NCBI GenBank assembly: GCA_964016885.1
Contig: OZ024742.1
Span: 24,242,001-24,306,000, forward strand
From: Eledone cirrhosa
Lineage: Eukaryota
DNA: 64,000 bases
Direction: 5' to 3'
The notes below the pieces were generated by a model. It worked only from the letters and a program-made list of their open reading frames with translations, was not told the DNA's origin and did no database searches. Shown piece after piece: positions 56,041-64,000 of the stretch (positions within the stretch are counted from its first letter, which is position 1; the number at the start of each line of letters is the position of its first letter). The position numbers and the translations under genes are program-made.

Positions 56041-56047
<7 letters not shown>
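55228..56047 (-). mobile_element. HHR-bearing non-coding element, member A, with inverted terminal copy
   Basis: Arms ~55285-55505 and ~55820-56047 are inverted near-identical copies. Homologous to 59774-60650, contains an HHR, and is flanked by (TA)n on both sides. Confidence 0.8.
55761..55801 (-). ncRNA. Hammerhead ribozyme core (stem I disrupted by a nested insertion)
   Basis: Minus strand reads ACGTTG-CTGACGA-tAGCTaataAGCTt-GAAA-CTAG-TA. The original stem I partner CAGCGT lies at ~55492-55497 (minus) and in the inverted copy at 55820-55836. Confidence 0.8.
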
Positions 56048-56090
<43 letters not shown>

Positions 56091-56600
56091 TATGTATACG
56101 TACATTTATGTACTTTCTTTATTCAATAGAAAATCTGAATTCTGACACCCCAGCGAACTAACCATATTCACTGAACCAGAACAATTCTCCCATCCCTTTC
56201 TCTTGACCATTATCTTTCACTTATCACAAAATTCTCTAAAAAGGCTACAGAATGGATTTCCAAATAACGACACGAAAATTTAATGAAAACTTGTTCACGT
56301 GACAGCCATAATTTCATTTATAACTAACCCAAAAAAAGCCTTCGTGAGCCCCTTTTTTCAAGTAAAAAGAAATTCAAACACTCATATATGAAAAAAACAA
56401 CCTGTGACAACCCCCCCCCCTCTTATTTGAAGAACTATTGTAACGCGAACTGGCGCGAAATTTATTATAATTATTGACAAACCAATCAAATTACTTCTCG
56501 AAAAACCTGGCATTTCGAGCCTCTTTTTCCATATAAAAAAAAGTAACATTCAGAGACCAACCAGATGTGGGAAAAACCACAGACCCTCCATCTCAACTCA

Positions 56601-56638
56601 CCTTTTGAAAAGCAGAAGAACTGCGAAACCGGTAAAGG
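56601..56638 (+). ncRNA. Hammerhead-like fold with non-canonical core (UUGAAAA)
   Basis: CCTT-TTGAAAA-GCAG-aagaa-CTGC-GAAA-CCGG-TA-AAGG has perfect stems I and II, palindromic ACCGGT and a GUA cleavage triplet. Confidence 0.6.
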
Positions 56639-56772
56639 AACCAAATAAATATATATATATTTTTTTTTTAAATAAGACTCCAGTTGCATTTTCGATTTCA
56701 TCTCTTTTTCATTATACTTTCACTCGTGTAGGAAACCTCGGTTATTTTTCATTTTGTAAAATAAACCCTCAC

Positions 56773-56811
<39 letters not shown>

Positions 56812-56816
56812 TATAT

Positions 56817-56910
<94 letters not shown>

Positions 56911-57120
56911 CGTTTCTGAATTTGTTTAGCAAGATTCTTTATCTGAAAACGTGTGTTGAAACCGATATTGTTATGCTTTGGGAGGGTCATGTTGCCAATA
57001 AGAAACACACGCACCAGTTGCTTTCGCTTCAATTTATTATAAATTAAATTTATAAATTTAGGAATTTATAAATTTCCGGTTAGTTGGTTGGTTCCACAAC
57101 CAGACGATTGTTCATATATT

Positions 57121-57163
57121 GTCGAAGTTGTTTCGTCACACATTCTGTAACTTCTTCAGTGAC
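57121..57163 (-). ncRNA. Hammerhead-like motif in the PLE 3' region
   Basis: Minus strand reads GTCA-CTGAAGA-A-GTTAC-agaatgt-GTGAC-GAAAC-AACTTC-GAC. Stem II pairs, while stems I and III are imperfect. Confidence 0.55.
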
Positions 57164-57358
57164 TGGGGATTCTTTTCTTTGTTTTCGTGCCTCTCCTTTG
57201 TTCTGTCCTACGCCATCTTGTTTTTGTGTGTGTTGTGTGCTTAGTTTGCGCATGTGTTACATCCGGGTGTCTGTGTGTGTTTATATTTGTTTATTTATTT
57301 GTTTATTTACATGTTACTGGTTGGTTGTTTGTTCTGTGTGTGTGTTTTCATTTTGTCC

Positions 57359-59106
57359 TTAATTGTAAGTTGTGATGTTGCTATTCCATTCATGTTTTCT
57401 ATTTAATTTTGGTTGGAGTTCATTTATGTTTATTGCCTCTGTGATTTGTCTAAACATTGCGTCTTTTCTGTGTGTAGATTCTATTTTTATTTCTATGTTC
57501 TCTAATTTACCCCTATGTTCTATTTTAGCATGTTGGTGGAGTACAGATGTTTCTTTACTATCTTGAAGGTCTCGCCAGTGTTCATATATCAGTTCCCCTA
57601 TACTACCAGCTGTCTCACCTATGTACACTATATTTTTATCTCTACATTGTCCTTCAGTACATCTTATGCTATATGCTACATTTCTAGTTTTACAGTTAAT
57701 ATGGGGGCTTAATTTACAATTATACATTTCTTATCTATACAGGGAGGTCTTTGAAAAGGATATGTCTTGCTAATAAGTGTTCTTATGGAGGTACCTGGTC
57801 TTTCTACTATCTTAATATGGAGTTTATGTTTATCTAGGGCCCTTCTAAATTTGTAAGCTAATTCACCTCTAGGGGTTGTATCGATAACATTACACTCTGG
57901 TATTTATTGCTATCATACCATGAGTTTATTCTATTAACCTTATTCCTAGTTCTTTCTATTCTATTCCAAAATTTGCTCCTATAAAAGGGGCAGGTCGCAT
58001 TTGTATCATTATTTACCATTTTTTCCCATTTGGTTCTGGCTCCTCTATATACTCTTATTTTATCTCTCTGATTGTAACCAGAGAACTGCATACGGTGGAT
58101 GAAGTGTTGTATGTGTCTCTCTAGTTCTTTGGGGTTGCACATGCGCGACACGTTTCTCATCACCCGTACCAAATCTGCAATCAGTATGTTGATTTTGGTA
58201 TGGTCCGAAACAGCTGAGTTTCGGTGGATCAGATATTTGGAAGTCATGGGGTTGGCATAATGGGAATGGAGGATTTGTTTTTTGTTATAAATTGTTTCTA
58301 CGTTAGGCACAAGGCCAGCAATTACCCAGTGTATTACTGGTACTTTACTTTATTTTATCGACCCCGTAAGGATGAAAGGCAAAGTGTTTTGTTATTAATT
58401 GTATCTAACCAGAGCTCTGTGTCTAGTACAGGTAATCTATGTTTGGGGTGTTTGCTTGGGTAGTCTATAGTAACTCTAAAACTCTGGTGGATGGAGTTAG
58501 CTATTTGCTGGATGCTTTCCATTGTTTTTCTCTAATTCCTAACTGTTCTCTAGTGGGGGTGTTTTTACTACAATATTTATAAAATCAACGTAGCGGGAGT
58601 ACATTATCAGGGTTAAGAAGTTGCTGTCTTCTAATTGTTCTTTAAGTTTAAGTTTAAGTCTATTGTCCCACCATACCATAAATAGGTTAGCTATGTCACC
58701 TGCAATGCTAACACCAATGGCTGCTCCCTCCTCTTGGGCATATGTTTTTCCATTAAATTTGAACATATGTTCCTTAAGGGTTAATTTTATACTGGCCCCC
58801 ACCGCATGTGCAATCATTTTCTTTAGTTCATCGTGGTTTTCGGGGGTCCCCATGGCTCTGGTCCACCCGTTCCATCTATCTGTGTGGGTTTTCTTGGCCA
58901 TTGAGGTAATGGTAGGTGGTCTGCCTCTTGCTGGTCTTGTAGGGCACAGGTTACTAAGGTCATATGTATCTAGATAATCATTACTATAGGTAAGTTTAAG
59001 TAGGAGTCCCAGCTCACTGGTATCAATCCCACGGAATTCAACATTGCTCTCACTGATCATTTCTACGCATTTCTCCACAGCATTTTTCCACGCATTTCTC
59101 CACAGC
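57359..59106 (-). pseudogene. Disrupted PLE polyprotein: reverse transcriptase, thumb, Cys-rich linker and GIY-YIG endonuclease
   Basis: FKFNGKTYAQEEGAAIG and YSRYVDFINI (YVDD mutated), ANSIHQSFRVT/DYPSKHPKHRLPVLD, HYANPMTS, the linker PFQRPPCIDKKC..C..NCKTRNVAYSIRC, and VYIGETAGS..EH. Several frameshifts and stops, plus a SINE insertion. Confidence 0.92.
58296..58386 (-). mobile_element. 5'-truncated SINE fragment inserted in the PLE ORF with 16-bp TSD
   Basis: TTTTGTTATWAATTGT at 58280-58295 and 58387-58402. Removing the insert restores WLDTINNKKQILHSHY. The internal TTTTATCGACCCCGTAAGGATGAAAGGCAAAGT resembles a Nin/Deu-type SINE core (recalled, not searched). Confidence 0.8.
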
Positions 59107-59288
59107 AAAATCTTTGACAATATATGAACAATCGCTTGGTTGTGGAACCAACCAACCAACCGGAAATTTATAAATTCCTAAATTTATAAATTTAATTTAT
59201 AATAAATTGAAGTGAAAGCAACTGCTGCGTGTGTTTCTTATTGGCAACATGACCCTCCCAAAGTATAACAATATATATATATATATAC

Positions 59289-59353
<65 letters not shown>

Positions 59354-59364
59354 CATAAATATAT

Positions 59365-59705
59365 GGAGGCACGTGGCTTAGTGGTTAGAGCATTGGCCTT
59401 GCAATCGAAAGGTTGTGAGTTAAATTCACAGACCGGGTGATGTGTTGTTTCCTTGAGCAAGACACTTTATTTCACATTGCTCCAGTTTACTCAGCTGTAG
59501 AAATGAGATGATAGGGACTGAGGTCCATATCATTCCACTGCAAAGTGGTCGTGCAGGTGCCACGGCAAAAAACCACCCAGCACTCACTGTAAATGAGGTT
59601 GGTGTTAGGAAGGGCATCCAGCTGTAGAAATCAAGCCAACATCAGTTCTCGTCCCACCCTTGCAAGCAGGGAAAAAGCGGGTGCAAAAATGAAATGAAAT
59701 GATGA

Positions 59706-59708
<3 letters not shown>
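59365..59708 (+). mobile_element. Near-complete tRNA-derived SINE with RTE-type tail
   Basis: A box TGGCTTAGTGG and decayed B box GAGTTAAATTC. The core is shared with 23950-24093, the 3' module is shared with 53950-54090, and it ends in GATGATGA like the RTE at 52860. Confidence 0.85.
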
Positions 59709-59773
<65 letters not shown>

Positions 59774-59776
<3 letters not shown>

Positions 59777-60344
59777 AGTTGAAATAAAATGAAAACGAAA
59801 TTTCATTTCTCACTCTTAGTACGGCACTTACTTAAATGTAAGTATGTGTGTATACGCACATACATATATGTATACAGACGCACAGCAGCATGCATATATA
59901 TATATATACAGGTACACATACATATATGCACGTATCAGTTTAGCGGACGCCCACCATAACGCCGCTTTGTTCGTTTGTAAACAAACTGAACAGCCCGAAT
60001 CCTTATGCCGTACGGTGTTAAGGCAACCACGTCACCTTTTTGTTCAACACTGACACAGGAACGATGTACTAGTTTCAAGCTTGTTAGCTATCATCAGCAC
60101 CGTATACCCTTCTGCCAGATAGTTGAACGTTCGAAAGTATATACTTTCCTTATGAAAAAAATTAACGGCTGAGCAGCCTAATTTGCATATCGAGTGAGTC
60201 AAGTCGGTCAGGCATACCGAAAACGATAAGTTGAAATAAAATGAAAACGAAATTTCATTTCTCACTCTTAGTACAGCACTTACTTAAATGTAAGTATGTG
60301 TGTATACGCACATACATATATGTATACAGACGCACATCAGCATG

Positions 60345-60396
<52 letters not shown>

Positions 60397-60537
60397 TGTT
60401 GAACAAAAAGGTGACGTGGTTGCCTTAACACCGTACGGCATAAGGATTCGGGCTGTTCAGTTTGTTTACAAACGAACAAAGCGGCGTTATGGTGGGCGTC
60501 CGCTAAACTGATACGTGCATATATGTATGTGTACCTG

Positions 60538-60592
<55 letters not shown>

Positions 60593-60645
60593 GCATGCTG
60601 CTGTGCGTCTGTATACATATATGTATGTGCGTATACACACATACT

Positions 60646-60650
<5 letters not shown>
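59774..60650 (-). mobile_element. HHR-bearing non-coding element, member B: 452-bp unit in partial tandem plus inverted copy (retrozyme-like)
   Basis: 59774-~59895 is repeated directly from 60226 (period 452). 60393-60650 is the reverse complement of ~59836-60053. It has a canonical HHR, no credible ORF, and (TA)n flanks. Confidence 0.85.
60061..60103 (-). ncRNA. Canonical minimal type I hammerhead ribozyme
   Basis: Minus strand reads ACGGTG-CTGATGA-tAGCTaacaAGCTt-GAAA-CTAG-TA^CATCGT: 6-bp stem I, intact core, 4-bp stem II, palindromic ACTAGT and a GUA cleavage site. Confidence 0.88.
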
Positions 60651-60683
<33 letters not shown>

Positions 60684-60686
60684 TAC

Positions 60687-60739
<53 letters not shown>

Positions 60740-60740
60740 C

Positions 60741-60816
<76 letters not shown>

Positions 60817-61539
60817 CGAAGGAAATGTGGTAAGGAACCAGGTGGACCATAACGCACCAAAGTACTCAATACTTAGGGTAGTAGAGTGTGTAATAGGAAC
60901 GAGTAGGACCCCAACGGCTGAGCTCAAGCCATTTTGACGGCTAATTCTGGACTAAATGAAAATGTTTATCTTGGTATATGAATAGCCGAGCTTCTCAGGG
61001 GTTAATTCCATATATGGTAAAAGTGATTGTCATAAGGATTGGTCAAAAGTTTGTTGTTGAGACACATAATTCTATCATGGCAATTTGTGGAAGGAAGGGG
61101 TAGCTGAACCAGCCAGTAGAAGAAAGAGGGAGAGGGGGTGGAGGAAACCCAGTCGTGCGTTGATTGTACCAACTACAGCAGGGCAGGAGGTCAAGGAAGT
61201 ATACTAGGGAGGGGGCGAGGAGGAAGTCAAAACAATAAGTAAAACAATATGGGGTAAATATATAGAAGAATACCGAGAATGTTAAAAAAACAATTAAATA
61301 TAACAAAAAACAATTTCTGGTTACTATTCCCTAACGACAGCCATCAAGCCTCTCACTGGTACTGCTAGACTATAGAAAAGTTTACTCGGTGGGACGGAAT
61401 TATAATGAGACCCTTTTAAGAGGTATAAGTGAACAACCGAATATATCTTACGGTAACGGGTCAACAAGTGGGGGGCTAAAATACTAAAGAAACTACCACG
61501 AGATAATAATTCAGAGTCCCGAGACTAATACGAAATAAT

Positions 61540-61590
61540 TGTTTCTACCATAGGCACAAGGCCAGCAACCACCCAGTGCAAAAAAAAAAA
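61540..61590 (-). mobile_element. Ultra-short SINE end with 16-bp TSD
   Basis: TGTTTCTACCATAGGCACAAGGCCAGCAA matches 58293-58321. It is flanked by ACTAATACGAAATAAT at 61524-61539 and 61591-61606. Confidence 0.7.
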
Positions 61591-62410
61591 ACTAATACGA
61601 AATAATAATTCAGAATCCCGAAAAAGAATACTGATACTATCTCTAAGGGTGCCGCTACGATACAAAAATTCTAGTGCAAACTACATAAATGCTCGTACGA
61701 ACTATATGAAAAATTTGATACGGAAAATTAATTCAGAATCCCCCCCCCCCCCCTCCAAAAATAAATACTGATATACGAGAAATTAAAGCAAAGATACCAC
61801 TAAGAAATGTAGAAAGCACGGAAAAGGGGCAGCCATCAGATAAGAAAGCAAGTATCCGGGGTCTATCACATCTGCTATAAAAAGCGGAGTCGGCCAATTC
61901 TAACATAGAATAGGGGAAGGGGGTGGGGGTACTGAGGCTACAAAGGACCGAGGCGCTGCCTCGGGTGGGCGAGAAAGTGAAAAGGACGACGACAAAGAAA
62001 GAGGACTGGGTGGGAGGACTAGGAAGGAATGGGGGGAAGAAGGAAATATAGAGAAAGCGATAAAAAGATATAAAAGAAGATCTTACGTCTACCTTTGCAA
62101 GCAGGGGTTACCCATTACAAAGTCGGCAAGTGGGGTGTTACAGCCCTTGTCTACCCCCCATATCTGAGGCACCGACTCAGAACAAAACTGTTAACAAAAC
62201 CATATTGAAAGAAATATTTAGAAATGAAACGTCAGCTTAGTCTCTTAGAGAAGCAAATTTTCTTATCAAGTCAAGAGAAGAACATCTAGCTTTAATGGGA
62301 GTGCTCCAAAGATCAAATCCAAGTCCCTAATTTTTATTACACTGCTCTAAGGTAATAATTTAATTTTAGTAGAGTTATCACTCATGGACAGTCATCATGA
62401 AAAGACTAGA

Positions 62411-64000
<1,590 letters not shown>

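Larger units (their letters stand above)
56910..59272 (-). mobile_element. 5'-truncated Penelope-like retroelement (Naiad/Neptune-like) with inverted 5' pLTR copy, inserted in (TA)n
   Basis: RT and GIY-YIG remnants. 59113-59272 is the reverse complement of 56966-57125. There is an HHR-like motif in the 3' region and (TA)n on both flanks. Confidence 0.92.

Noticed and set aside
57600-57800. Selenocysteine-encoding Naiad (reported for some Naiad elements)
   Set aside because: The linker and endonuclease cysteines read here are TGT codons. No in-frame TGA at these positions and no convincing SECIS was seen.
59365-59440. tRNA gene
   Set aside because: The A and B boxes belong to a SINE head that continues into a shared SINE body. 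There is no intact cloverleaf or terminator.
60181-60300. snRNA-type promoter (octamer ATTTGCAT, PSE/TATA-like) on the plus strand
   Set aside because: The HHR and insertion geometry indicate minus-strand sense, and the motif spacing is unconvincing.

Overview
Eukaryotic, AT-rich, repeat-dominated window with no complete protein-coding gene. The SINE, RTE and Penelope-like repeats and abundant (TA)n resemble a coleoid cephalopod such as Octopus (inference). About 45 kb is three tandem arrays (48, 45 and 31 bp) with higher-order structure, and their ORFs are artefacts. Between the arrays are a hAT/Charlie transposase fossil that contains a 27-bp minisatellite, tRNA-derived SINEs, RTE-clade LINE fragments (one inserted with a TSD in the 31-bp array), and two phase-compatible candidate host exons on the minus strand. 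The most interesting part is 53.3-61 kb. It holds a decayed Naiad-type Penelope-like element (RT + GIY-YIG) with an inverted terminal copy, and a dense cluster of minimal hammerhead ribozyme (HHR) motifs. These include a ~452-bp non-coding, HHR-bearing, structured element family (two diverged members showing covariation) in partial-tandem plus inverted arrangement, a candidate retrozyme mobilised by Penelope-like elements. All alignments and folds were done by eye.
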